Below, piece by piece: positions 11,147 through 19,811 of a stretch of DNA of 64,000 nt. The notes under the pieces were generated by a model. It was not told the DNA's origin and made no database searches. It saw nothing but the letters and a program-made list of their open reading frames with translations. Made by a program: the position numbers and the translations under genes. Every line of letters starts with the position of its first letter. Position 1 is the stretch's first letter. The DNA is from Candidatus Sulfomarinibacteraceae bacterium. Its GTDB lineage: Bacteria > Acidobacteriota > Thermoanaerobaculia > Thermoanaerobaculales > Sulfomarinibacteraceae. The stretch covers positions 160,001-224,000 of the forward strand of contig CAWCLO010000007.1 of NCBI GenBank assembly GCA_963796455.1, given 5' to 3'.

Positions 11147-11299
11147 CTGCCCTGTCGCTACCAACTGTCGCTGCCGCTGTAATTCGGACGCGGACACGGG
11201 CACGGGACAACTGCCAACCGGAAATGCCAAAAACCAACGCGTAAACCCCTTGTTGTCAGTTAGGTAATTGCAAATGGCGATTTGGTTTGGACAGCAGTG
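11147..11299 (-). mobile_element. Left-end fragment (E) of the four-helix-bundle TIR element
   Basis: ctgtcgctgccgctg...aaccggaaatgccaaaaaccaac...tgttgtcag...tttggacagcagtg matches 52429-52561 and the reverse complement of 13914-14047. Confidence 0.8.
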
Positions 11300-11320
11300 T
11301 CGACTCATACAAAAAACATA

Positions 11321-11347
11321 CTTTGCGCTCTTCGCGTCTTCGCGGTT
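11321..11347. repeat. 9-mer-period repeat module CTTTGCG/CTTCGCG ending in GGTT
   Basis: ctttgcgctcttcgcgtcttcgcggtt. Confidence 0.6.
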
Positions 11348-11470
11348 TTCACGTTCCTCAAGTCGGTTGACGTTTTCCGGCACGCCATATCGTTGAAATA
11401 TGCAAGAGGTAGCTCGGAGCCTAGAGTTCCGGACCCGACGCTCGAAAGCAGGCAGGCTCACACCATGGCG

Positions 11471-11506
11471 TTCGATAGCGATAGCGATTCCGATAGCGAT
11501 AGCGAT
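11471..11506. repeat. Hexamer microsatellite (GATAGC)n module
   Basis: 33/36 identical to the reverse complement of 28586-28621. Confidence 0.8.
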
Positions 11507-11521
11507 TCAGGCCGACAGCTC

Positions 11522-12694
11522 TCACCAAGAAGTTGAAGCCACAGCGTCGCGGACAACAGCTCGGATCTGCTCCGCGACCCGATCCGGGTGGTAGAAACGC
11601 TGCCACACCTCGCGGCCGCGTTCGGCGAGCCTCTGCGCCGCATCATCATCGGTCAAGAGCCGGGTGACGGCATCCACCCACTCGTCTGCATCTCTTCCTA
11701 CCACCACCGCATTCCGGCCTTCAGCAACCAAGCCGTCGGCAGCCCACGGGTGAAGCACCGCCGGGACACCCGCGGCCATCGCCTCGAGCACCTTCATCGG
11801 CACTCCCGAACCCGAACTCATGGGTGCGATTGCCAACCTGGCGCACGCTAAAAACCGCGCGAGGTCGGGGACATCGGCGTGCACCTCGACCCCCGGTTGC
11901 CGTTCCAGCCGTCGGATGTCCGCCGCGGGCCGGGCGCCGCTGAGGATCCACTTCGCCGCGGGCACCACCGACCGAACGCGAGGCCACACTTCCCGGGCAA
12001 ACCACATGGCGCCCCGGACTGTCGGTCGATATCCGAGATTTCCAGTGAGCACAACCACCTGGTCCCGACCGGACAGGGGAGGCGATACGACATCGCGACC
12101 GGCGACAGGAATGACCCGACCCCGACCATCTGTAACTGATATCCGGTCGAGATCACGGTCCGAGACCGCGACGCTCGCCGATGCGGCACCTGCGAGCTCA
12201 CGTTCTCGCCGATCACAACGAACCGATTCAGACATGTACAGAGCGGCCAGGGGCTGCAGAGCATTCCGCGAGGCCCGATCAAAGTGCAGACCCATGGAGT
12301 CGATCGCGTCGAAAACAATCGGGGTCGATGGTCTTTCGGCCACAACCACATCAGCCGCCCAGCCGCACCGAAGCATTTGAACCACGACCACCTCGGGGTG
12401 CCAGTCGTGAAGCACCGACCTGACGGTGCGTCGGGCCCCTTTTGTTCGATAGAGGCCTTCCTGCAACGGTCGCCCGGTGAAAGCTGCGCACACGAGACCA
12501 AAACCCCTACCAACGGGACTCTGGCCGAAAAATGCCGTCTCGACGTCGATCGGCGCGGCCGCCCGCGATGCCGGGCCCGGGCAGCACAGCATGAGGTCGT
12601 GGTCTCCGAGAGCCGCCAACCACTCGACAGTCCGAACCTGGTTACCGCGCCATGCCGGCATTGGATAGCGGCTGGTGACCAGCAAAACCCGCAT
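11522..12694 (-). CDS. Glycosyltransferase (GT4-like, sugar transferase type)
   Basis: MRVLLVTSRYP N-terminus and GSGVPMKVLEAMAAGVPAV motif. Confidence 0.9.
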   Translation of the reverse strand: MRVLLVTSRYPMPAWRGNQVRTVEWLAALGDHDLMLCCPGPASRAAAPIDVETAFFGQSPVGRGFGLVCAAFTGRPLQEGLYRTKGARRTVRSVLHDWHPEVVVVQMLRCGWAADVVVAERPSTPIVFDAIDSMGLHFDRASRNALQPLAALYMSESVRCDRRERELAGAASASVAVSDRDLDRISVTDGRGRVIPVAGRDVVSPPLSGRDQVVVLTGNLGYRPTVRGAMWFAREVWPRVRSVVPAAKWILSGARPAADIRRLERQPGVEVHADVPDLARFLACARLAIAPMSSGSGVPMKVLEAMAAGVPAVLHPWAADGLVAEGRNAVVVGRDADEWVDAVTRLLTDDDAAQRLAERGREVWQRFYHPDRVAEQIRAVVRDAVASTSW

Positions 12695-13803
12695 CAGGCG
12701 CTGTAGAACTCCGCGATCGCGGACACGACCTCCTCCAACTCGTCGCGCGCGAGCTCCGGAAAGACGGGGAGCGCGAGGACTTCGCGGCTGGCCTCTTCAG
12801 AAACAGGGAAATCGCCTTCGCCATATCCTAGATCCGAAAAACACGGCTGGAGATGCAGCGGCAGCGGATAATAAACCGCGGCGCCGATGCCGCTTTCATT
12901 CAAAAAGGCACGAAGTTCGTCTCTTCGCGGCGCTCGCACCACGAATTGATTGAAGGTGTGGCCGCGGCCGGTTACCGCTTCGGGCAGAACAATCGTAGAA
13001 TCGAGACCGGCGGCACCCATAAGCACTCTGTACTGCTCGGCATTGGCTCGCCGGCCTTCGATCCATCGATCCACGTGCGGCAGTTTGACCCTGAGCACAG
13101 CAGCTTGCAGCGCATCGATGCGGAAATTTCCGCCGACGACCGGGTGCTGGTACGGGCCGGACTGGCCGTGGACCCGGAGTTCGCGAAGGTTGGCGGCCAG
13201 GTCTGCATCTCCCGTCGTGATCAACCCCGCGTCGCCGAAACAACCGATGTTCTTCGACGGGAAGAATGAGAACGCACCCATCAGGCCGATCGATCCAACT
13301 TTCCGCCCGTTGTAGTCCGCGCCCCAGGCCTGCGCACAATCCTCGATTACCGGCACATCTCCCGCCGCCTCGATCACCCCGTCCATGTCCGCCGCCTGGC
13401 CAAAGAGGTGGACGGGAATGACCGCTTTGGTGCGGTCATTCAGCCGCTCGGCGATCTGTTGCGGATTCACGCAGTAGTCGATCGGGTCGACATCGACGAA
13501 GACCGGGCGGGCACCGAGCCTGGTCACCACGCCTGCGGTCGCAAAGAAGGTAAAGGTCGGCAGGATCACCTCGTCGTCGGGGCCGACGCCAACTGCCATC
13601 AACGCCTCGAGCAAAGCATCGGTTCCAGAACTCACGCCGATCGAATGACCGACCCCGAGTGCTGACGAGGCCTCGCGTTCGAATTCCTCCACCTCCGGGC
13701 CGAGGATGAATCGTTGCGAATCACAAACCCGATCGAGCGCCGCACGAAACTCTTCTCGCAGCGGTTGGTATTGGCGGGTCAAATCCAAAAGCGGAACGGC
13801 CAT
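12694..13803 (-). CDS. DegT/DnrJ/EryC1/StrS family aminotransferase
   Basis: SSGTDAL, VHLFGQ, IEDCAQAWG and SFFPSKNIG (PLP lysine) motifs. Confidence 0.95.
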   Translation of the reverse strand: MAVPLLDLTRQYQPLREEFRAALDRVCDSQRFILGPEVEEFEREASSALGVGHSIGVSSGTDALLEALMAVGVGPDDEVILPTFTFFATAGVVTRLGARPVFVDVDPIDYCVNPQQIAERLNDRTKAVIPVHLFGQAADMDGVIEAAGDVPVIEDCAQAWGADYNGRKVGSIGLMGAFSFFPSKNIGCFGDAGLITTGDADLAANLRELRVHGQSGPYQHPVVGGNFRIDALQAAVLRVKLPHVDRWIEGRRANAEQYRVLMGAAGLDSTIVLPEAVTGRGHTFNQFVVRAPRRDELRAFLNESGIGAAVYYPLPLHLQPCFSDLGYGEGDFPVSEEASREVLALPVFPELARDELEEVVSAIAEFYSA

Positions 13804-13846
13804 GTCGAAATCCTCCTACATCGCAGGCGGACACAGGTTACATGGT

Positions 13847-13913
13847 GAATCAGGAATTAGGAATGAGGAATGAAGGAATTGGCGAGAAGGATGCAGGATG
13901 CAGGATGCAGGAT
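13847..13913. repeat. Two stacked heptamer microsatellites, (AGGAATG)n then (CAGGATG)n, left flank of element A
   Basis: gaatcaggaattaggaatgaggaatgaaggaatt (13847-13880) and aggatgcaggatgcaggatgcaggat (13888-13913). Confidence 0.85.
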
Positions 13914-14142
13914 CACTGCTGTCCAAAACAGAATGTCACGAAAAGTTACCCACCTGACAACACGTGGTTTACGGGTTAGTTTATGGCACATCCGGTTGGC
14001 GATTGCCCGTACCCGTTCCCGATCCCGAATTTCAGCGGCAGCGACAGTGTCCAGCGTCAGCGACAGGCAACAGCGAACAGGGACGGCGGTCAGTGTTCAG
14101 CGACGGCGAACAGCGGCAGCAGTCTGGAGTTCATGCGACGAA

Positions 14143-14282
14143 ATGGCCACCTCCGGGTCGTTCAAAGAGAGGGGTAGCCGGTGGGCGGCCGATGTCAAGG
14201 ACAGGCAGGGTGCAGGGCATCCTTGACATCGGCCGCCACACCGGCTTGTGGCAAAGGGCATGAACGACCCGGAGGTGACCAT
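14143..14282 (+). promoter_or_regulatory. Long inverted repeat/hairpin covering the RBS and start codon of the four-helix-bundle gene
   Basis: Arms cacctccgggtcgttca/tgaacgacccggaggtg, agccggtg/caccggct and ggcggccgatgtcaagga/tccttgacatcggccgcc. Confidence 0.85.
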
Positions 14283-14634
14283 GTCCTCAGCCGCCACGAA
14301 CACCAACCTCGTTGCCCACTCGAAGGCCCTCGAAGCGGCAGGAATCGCGATCAAGCTCGTGATGAGGGTTCCGGCTCCGCTGAAATCCATAGCCGATCAG
14401 GTGATCCGGTCGGCAAGTTCGGTCCCTGCGAATCTGGCAGAAGGGCACGGCCGTTTCGGTAGAGACCGGTTGAACCACTGGAGAATCGCCTACGCCTCGG
14501 CCAAAGAGGTCGACAGCCACTTGCAGCTCCTCGCCCACGCCGGGGCGATCAGTGCGACAGCCGCCCGCGACGCGATGAACGCCTTCGATCAAGTCCGTGC
14601 CATGACCTGGCGGTTGTTGAACCCGACGGAGTGA
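14281..14634 (+). CDS. Four helix bundle protein (23S rRNA IVP / TIGR02436 family, Avd-like fold)
   Basis: DQVIRSASSVPANLAEG signature; 117 aa; GGAGG 5 nt upstream of ATG 14281. Confidence 0.9.
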   Translation: MSSAATNTNLVAHSKALEAAGIAIKLVMRVPAPLKSIADQVIRSASSVPANLAEGHGRFGRDRLNHWRIAYASAKEVDSHLQLLAHAGAISATAARDAMNAFDQVRAMTWRLLNPTE

Positions 14635-14781
14635 TCGGTGTTGGCTGGCGCTGTCGCTGTCCCGGCCGCTGGTCGCTGCCGCTGACTCCTGTTTGCTGAC
14701 GCTGTCTGCCGTTCCCCGTCGCTGTCCCTGATCGCTGTCTGAGATGCTGTCTTGGAAAAGAGTGATGCAGGATGCACCTGA

Positions 14782-14809
14782 ATCGTAGTTTCCCCGCGCG
14801 GCGTGTCAA
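14782..14809 (-). promoter_or_regulatory. Putative sigma70 promoter pointing into element A toward the DegT gene
   Basis: Minus strand TTGACA(14809-14804)-16bp-TACGAT(14787-14782). Confidence 0.5.
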
Positions 14810-14832
14810 GGACCGTGTGCGATGAGTCAAGA

Positions 14833-14908
14833 ATCCTGTGACCTGGATCCTGCATCCAGGCGGGCAGGTGCGATTAATTCCTGATTCCTCAATCCTCATT
14901 CCTCATTC
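14833..14908. repeat. Inverted counterparts of the left-flank heptamer arrays
   Basis: atcctgtgacctggatcctgcatcc (14833-14857) and aattcctgattcctcaatcctcattcctcattc (14876-14908). Confidence 0.8.
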
Positions 14909-14959
14909 TCCGTTTGCTAACATGGCTCTGCGACCATTGATCGCAGCAAAGGAGCGCTC

Positions 14960-16288
14960 ATGCACATCTGTGTGGTTGGTACCGGGTATGTGGGTCTGGT
15001 GACCGGAGCCTGTCTTGCCGATTTCGGCAACAACGTCACCTGCGTCGACAAGGACGAGAACAAGATCTCCATGCTGCTCGATGGCCAGATCCCGATCTAC
15101 GAACCCGGCCTCGACACCCTGGTCGAGAAGAACGCACGTGCCGGACGACTTCAGTTCTCGACCGATCTCACACCAGCCGTTGAAAATGCTCTGGCCATTT
15201 TTATTGCCGTCGGGACCCCGCCCAAGGAGGATGGCTCGGCCGATCTCTCCTACGTGGTCCAGGTCGCCGAATCAATCGCCGAAAACCTGAACGGCTACAA
15301 GGTTGTGATCACCAAATCGACGGTGCCCATTGGCACCGGACAGTTGATCGAGGAGATCATCAACAAGACCGCAAGCGGAGATCACCCGTTTTCGGTGGTC
15401 TCGAACCCGGAGTTTCTGCGCGAAGGATCGGCGATCGCCGACTTCATGCGACCAGATCGGGTGGTGATCGGCGCCCGGGACACCCAGGCGGTGGCGATCA
15501 TGAAAGATATCTACTCACCGCTCTATCTTCGGGAAACCCCTTTCGTCATCACCAACGTCGAGTCATCCGAACTCATCAAATACGCATCCAACGCCTTTCT
15601 CGCAACCAAAATCACATTTATCAACGAGGTTGCAGAACTCTGTGACCGCCTCGGTGCGGATGTTCACCATGTGGCCAAGGGCATGGGTCTGGACAAACGC
15701 ATCGGTCCCAAATTTCTCCATCCCGGGCCCGGCTACGGCGGGTCCTGTTTCCCGAAGGACACCCAGGCTCTGACCGAAATCGCCCGCAAGGCCGGCCGCC
15801 CGTTTGAAATCGTCGAGACCGTTGTCGAGGTCAATGAGCGAATAAAAACCAGCGGCATCGCGCGTGTCCGTGAGGCCCTCAACGACCAACTCGAAGGAAA
15901 GGTCGTTGCGGTGCTCGGTCTCAGCTTCAAGCCCGAAACCGACGATATGCGCGACTCAGCGGCAATTCCCCTGATCAACGCGCTGGTGGAAGGCGGGTCG
16001 AGGATCAAGGCTTTTGATCCGGTGGCGATGGACAACGCCCGGCAACTGCTACCCGAAGCCGTCGAGTACTGCGAAGACTCCTACGATGCAATTGCTGGCG
16101 CTGATGCTTTGGTGCTCGTGACGGAGTGGAACCAGTTCCGGTCCCTCGACATGGATCGGGTTCACGCGACGCTCCGCCACCCCCTCGTGATCGACCTGAG
16201 AAACGTTTACAAACCCCACAAAATGCGCGAGCAGGGCTTTGAGTACTTCAGCGTCGGCCGAGCGGCAACAGACCTTCCCATCGAGTGA
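14960..16288 (+). CDS. ugd: UDP-glucose/GDP-mannose dehydrogenase
   Basis: GTGYVGL, SNPEFLREG and GYGGSCFPKD motifs. Confidence 0.96.
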   Translation: MHICVVGTGYVGLVTGACLADFGNNVTCVDKDENKISMLLDGQIPIYEPGLDTLVEKNARAGRLQFSTDLTPAVENALAIFIAVGTPPKEDGSADLSYVVQVAESIAENLNGYKVVITKSTVPIGTGQLIEEIINKTASGDHPFSVVSNPEFLREGSAIADFMRPDRVVIGARDTQAVAIMKDIYSPLYLRETPFVITNVESSELIKYASNAFLATKITFINEVAELCDRLGADVHHVAKGMGLDKRIGPKFLHPGPGYGGSCFPKDTQALTEIARKAGRPFEIVETVVEVNERIKTSGIARVREALNDQLEGKVVAVLGLSFKPETDDMRDSAAIPLINALVEGGSRIKAFDPVAMDNARQLLPEAVEYCEDSYDAIAGADALVLVTEWNQFRSLDMDRVHATLRHPLVIDLRNVYKPHKMREQGFEYFSVGRAATDLPIE

Positions 16289-16352
16289 GGAAAATCGACA
16301 CGGGCGAAGGACCGCGCTTGACCCTTTGCGCCGAAATCGCCAAACTATCCCG

Positions 16353-16754
16353 ATGACGACCGATGAAACGGTGCGCCTCGATATCTGGCTCGACGTGGCC
16401 TGCCTCTTCAAAACCCGTTCCCAGGCTCAGACCGCCTGTCGGCGAGGACAGGTCGAGGTCAATGGGGACCACGGTAAACCCCATCGTGCGGTCCGATCCG
16501 GCGACAAGATCGTCATCCGGAGGCGAGGCGGAGGAAAACGAATCATCGAGGTGCTCGAGCTCGAGTCGAACAATGTCAGCAAGGCTCGAGCGCGGGAGCT
16601 CTATCACGACCACACGCCGCCGCCGACCGCGGAGGAAATCGAGCTTCGACGGATGCAGCGGCTCTCGGCACCGCAACCGCGGTCCCGGGGAGCCGGCGCC
16701 CCAAAAAAGCGGGAACGTCGCGAACTCAGGCGTCTCAAAGAGGACCTGGAGTAG
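16353..16754 (+). CDS. hslR: RNA-binding S4 domain protein (Hsp15/HslR-like)
   Basis: VRLDIWL...FKTRSQA, plus a C-terminal GAPKKRERR. Confidence 0.88.
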   Translation: MTTDETVRLDIWLDVACLFKTRSQAQTACRRGQVEVNGDHGKPHRAVRSGDKIVIRRRGGGKRIIEVLELESNNVSKARARELYHDHTPPPTAEEIELRRMQRLSAPQPRSRGAGAPKKRERRELRRLKEDLE

Positions 16755-16822
16755 AATGTTCCGGCCCTTGTTTCAGCTAACTGAATATCACACTGGCCGC
16801 ATCGGTGTTTTGGAGGATCGTT

Positions 16823-18145
16823 ATGAGTATTGAAGCCAACTGGGACACGCTGGTGGTCGGTGGCACCGTCGTGACGATGGAAGCGGGTGCCGAGCCGATT
16901 CACAATGGCGCGATCGCGGTTGCCGACGGCCGGATCGCCGCAGTCGGACCAGCCGAAGAGCTGTTGGAGCTTGCCTCTACCGGCGACGTGCTCAACGCCG
17001 GAGACAGTCTGATCCTGCCTGGATTCGTCAATACACACGCCCACCTCGCAATGACCCTCCTGCGCGGAATAGCCGATGACATCCCCCTCAAGGACTGGCT
17101 CGAACTGCACATCTGGCCGGCCGAGAAGGACCACATGAACCGGGAAAGTGTGCGGCTCGGAACCGAGTTGGCGGCTGCCGAGCTCTTGCTGGCCGGTGTC
17201 ACGACGACCGCCGACATGTACTTCTTCGGCGACGAAGTGAGCGCGGTTCTGGCGGAGGCGGGAATGCGCGGCGTGGTCGCAGAATCACTGATCGATGCCG
17301 CCACACCGCGCTGCAGCGGTCCCGAAGAAATGATCGCCAAACAGAGAGATCTTATCGACGCCTACAAGGACCATCCTCTCATCACGCCTTCAGTGGCCGC
17401 CCACGCCCCCTACTCCGTCAGCGCCGCGAATCTGGTCAAGGAAGCGGATCTGGCGGAAGAGTTCGAGGTGCCGATGCAGATCCACCTGTCCGAGACCTCC
17501 TGGGAAGTGGAGCAGTTCCTTGAAGAAAAGGGGCTTTCTCCGGTCGCCTACCTCGCAGACCTCGGTGTCCTCTCCGATCGCACCGTTGCCGCTCACTGCG
17601 TTCACGTCTCGGCCGAAGATATCGCCCTGCTCGCCGAATTCGAGACCGGGGTCTCGCACAACCCGGTCAGCAATCTCAAATTGGCCTCGGGAGTTGCCCC
17701 GGTTCCAGCTATGTTGGGCGCCGGAGTGAAGGTTGCTATCGGCACCGATGGTGCCGCGTCCAACAATACCCTTGATCTTTTGCGCGATATGCAGATAGCA
17801 GCGCTGCTTCACAAAGGCATCGTAGGTGATCCGACGGTCTTGCCGGCACGGAAGGCACTGGAGATGCTGACAGTCGACGGCGCCCGGGTCCTCGGGCTCG
17901 AAAGGGTCGGAACACTCGCCGAAGGTCAGGAGGCGGACATCGTCTGCCTTTCAATCAACAGACCGCACACCGCGCCGATGTACGACCCGATCTCTCAGCT
18001 CATATTCGCCGCTCGCTCCTCGGACGTTCGGCACGTCATGGTCCACGGCAAGGTCCTGGTCAGAAACCGTGAATTGCAGACCCTGGATCGCGAACGCATC
18101 GAGGCCCAGGCACGAGAGTTCTCAGAAACCGTTCGAGGCAACTGA
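16823..18145 (+). CDS. mtaD: Amidohydrolase, MTA/SAH deaminase-like
   Basis: PGFVNTHAH, IHLSET, HNPVSNLKLASG and GTDGAASNN motifs. Confidence 0.85.
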   Translation: MSIEANWDTLVVGGTVVTMEAGAEPIHNGAIAVADGRIAAVGPAEELLELASTGDVLNAGDSLILPGFVNTHAHLAMTLLRGIADDIPLKDWLELHIWPAEKDHMNRESVRLGTELAAAELLLAGVTTTADMYFFGDEVSAVLAEAGMRGVVAESLIDAATPRCSGPEEMIAKQRDLIDAYKDHPLITPSVAAHAPYSVSAANLVKEADLAEEFEVPMQIHLSETSWEVEQFLEEKGLSPVAYLADLGVLSDRTVAAHCVHVSAEDIALLAEFETGVSHNPVSNLKLASGVAPVPAMLGAGVKVAIGTDGAASNNTLDLLRDMQIAALLHKGIVGDPTVLPARKALEMLTVDGARVLGLERVGTLAEGQEADIVCLSINRPHTAPMYDPISQLIFAARSSDVRHVMVHGKVLVRNRELQTLDRERIEAQAREFSETVRGN

Positions 18146-18156
18146 AAGGACAAAAG

Positions 18157-19044
18157 ATGACCGCAATCCCACAGGCCATCCTCGCGGCAACCGATTTTTC
18201 AAAAACCGCCGACCGGGCAACCGTTCTCGCAAGCGATATTGCCCATCGATTCAAGGCCCACCTGCATTTGCTTCACGCAGCGGTTCTTCTCGACGACCCC
18301 CACCTCGGACAGGAACGGCGGGATCAGATCGAGGAGTTGCTGACTTCGAACGATGCCGAGCGGCGCAAAGCCCTTGAGGAACGGTACGAGAAGGAACACG
18401 GCATCGATATCACCCCCCATATCATTCGCGGCATCGCACCAGGTGAAGTTATCGTCGAATCCGCACGCACCCTTGGCTGCGATCTGATCGTGATGGGAAC
18501 CAATGGCCGCCGGGGACTGTCACATCTGTTTCTCGGATCGGTCGCGGAACGAGTGGTGAGGACCGCGACAACCCCAGTCCTCACCGTTCATGCGGACGCG
18601 GAGATCAACCCCAATGGCGTCTCCAGGATTCTGGTTCCACACGATTTTTCGGACGCGTCGATCTCCGCGCTCAAACAAGCCGCTGCATGGGGCAAGGCTC
18701 TGGGCGCCGATCTGACCCTGCTGCACGTGGTTGAACCGGTGGTCTATCCCGAATTCTATTCGGTCGACTATCTGACGGAGGACGTCATGGAGCGGGTGGT
18801 CGATCGCTCGGAGGAAGCTCTCAAAAAGGCTGCGGATGATCTCCCCGAGGTCAGCGGCTCAATCAGGGTCGAGGTCGGGCGTGCGGCGGACACGATCGTC
18901 GATTTCGCCGATCCTGAAACCTTCGATCTCGTTGTCATGGCGACTCGAGGGCTCTCCGGTTTTGAACACATCTTGTTGGGGTCGGTCGCGGAGTCCGTTC
19001 TTCGTCGGAGCCGGGTTCCGCTCCTCGCCATCCCAGGAGAGTAG
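18157..19044 (+). CDS. Universal stress protein (two USP domains)
   Basis: Two DLIVMG/DLVVMA...LGSVAE motifs. Confidence 0.93.
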   Translation: MTAIPQAILAATDFSKTADRATVLASDIAHRFKAHLHLLHAAVLLDDPHLGQERRDQIEELLTSNDAERRKALEERYEKEHGIDITPHIIRGIAPGEVIVESARTLGCDLIVMGTNGRRGLSHLFLGSVAERVVRTATTPVLTVHADAEINPNGVSRILVPHDFSDASISALKQAAAWGKALGADLTLLHVVEPVVYPEFYSVDYLTEDVMERVVDRSEEALKKAADDLPEVSGSIRVEVGRAADTIVDFADPETFDLVVMATRGLSGFEHILLGSVAESVLRRSRVPLLAIPGE

Positions 19045-19057
19045 ACATCACATAATC

Positions 19058-19206
19058 TGAGGTTTGAGTTTTAAGTTTTGAGTTTTGAGTTGAGGACATT
19101 CCTTGGAAGCCCTCGCTTTCATTCGACAGTGCTCGGTCGAAGCGGTCCCGAAGACCACCCTGTGCCGGGAAACAACTCAGAATCGATAACTCAACACTCA
19201 GAACTC
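19058..19206. repeat. Inverted pair of (GAGTTTT)n heptamer microsatellites between convergent usp and pth
   Basis: tgaggtttgagttttaagttttgagttttgagttgag (19058-19094) versus aactcagaatcgataactcaacactcagaactc (19174-19206). Confidence 0.75.
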
Positions 19207-19773
19207 TTCCGGTGCTCGGTTGAAGCTGTTCATCGCCCTTTCGAAGCCGTCTGAAAGAATGCAGTCGACGGCATCCGCCGCTCGTTCGATCACTGCACCA
19301 ACCATCTCACCCTCCGCTTCTTCGAATGAAGAGAGCACATAGTCGGCCAGAGAATCGACGGGCCCAGTCCCCCGTACGCCGACCCGAAGCCGGGCAAAGG
19401 CGTCGCCGACTTTGGTGCGGAGACTCCTGAGCCCGTTGTGGGTCCCAGGTCCGCCGTTGAGGCGCAGCCGAAGTGCGCCCAACGGCAGATCAATGTCGTC
19501 GACAACTACCAGCATACGGTCCACCGCGATATCCAGATCCTGTAGGAGTCGCAGGGCCACTTCACCAGAGCGGTTCATATAGCGCAACGGACGCGCAAGA
19601 ACCACCAGGCGGCCCGGAGTGATCACCGAAAACTCGGCATCGGTTTGCAGCGTCCAGTCGGCCCGACCGCGGCGTCGCATCACCTCGGCAACAACATCGA
19701 AACCGATATTGTGACGAGTGCGGACGTACTCCGCCCCGGGATTTCCCAATCCCAGAATCAGATCGATGGCCAT
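19198..19773 (-). CDS. pth: Peptidyl-tRNA hydrolase
   Basis: GLGNPG..Y..TRHNIGF, YMNRSG and HNGLRS motifs. Confidence 0.96.
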   Translation of the reverse strand: MAIDLILGLGNPGAEYVRTRHNIGFDVVAEVMRRRGRADWTLQTDAEFSVITPGRLVVLARPLRYMNRSGEVALRLLQDLDIAVDRMLVVVDDIDLPLGALRLRLNGGPGTHNGLRSLRTKVGDAFARLRVGVRGTGPVDSLADYVLSSFEEAEGEMVGAVIERAADAVDCILSDGFERAMNSFNRAPEEF

Positions 19774-19811
19774 GGGCGATTGGACCCTCGGAGCGAAGAT
19801 GGAATCGGAGC

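Larger units (their letters stand above)
13914..14764 (+). mobile_element. Full-length copy (A) of a transposase-less TIR element carrying a four-helix-bundle gene
   Basis: 18-bp imperfect TIRs (14/18) at 13914-13931 and 14747-14764, AT on both flanks, and homologous copies at four other loci in the window. Confidence 0.8.

Noticed and set aside
13944..13985. dif/Xer or IHF site in the element's conserved left end (gttacccacctgacaacacgtggtttac)
   Set aside because: It is conserved among copies but matches the IHF consensus only weakly and the XerC/XerD arms poorly, so it cannot be assigned.
13870..14226. ORFs with similar translations (RTRSRSRI.AAATVSS) at 13870-14226, 52186-52494 and 52768-53031
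   Set aside because: They are readings of the element's hexamer tracts. Starts, stops and frames are not conserved between copies.
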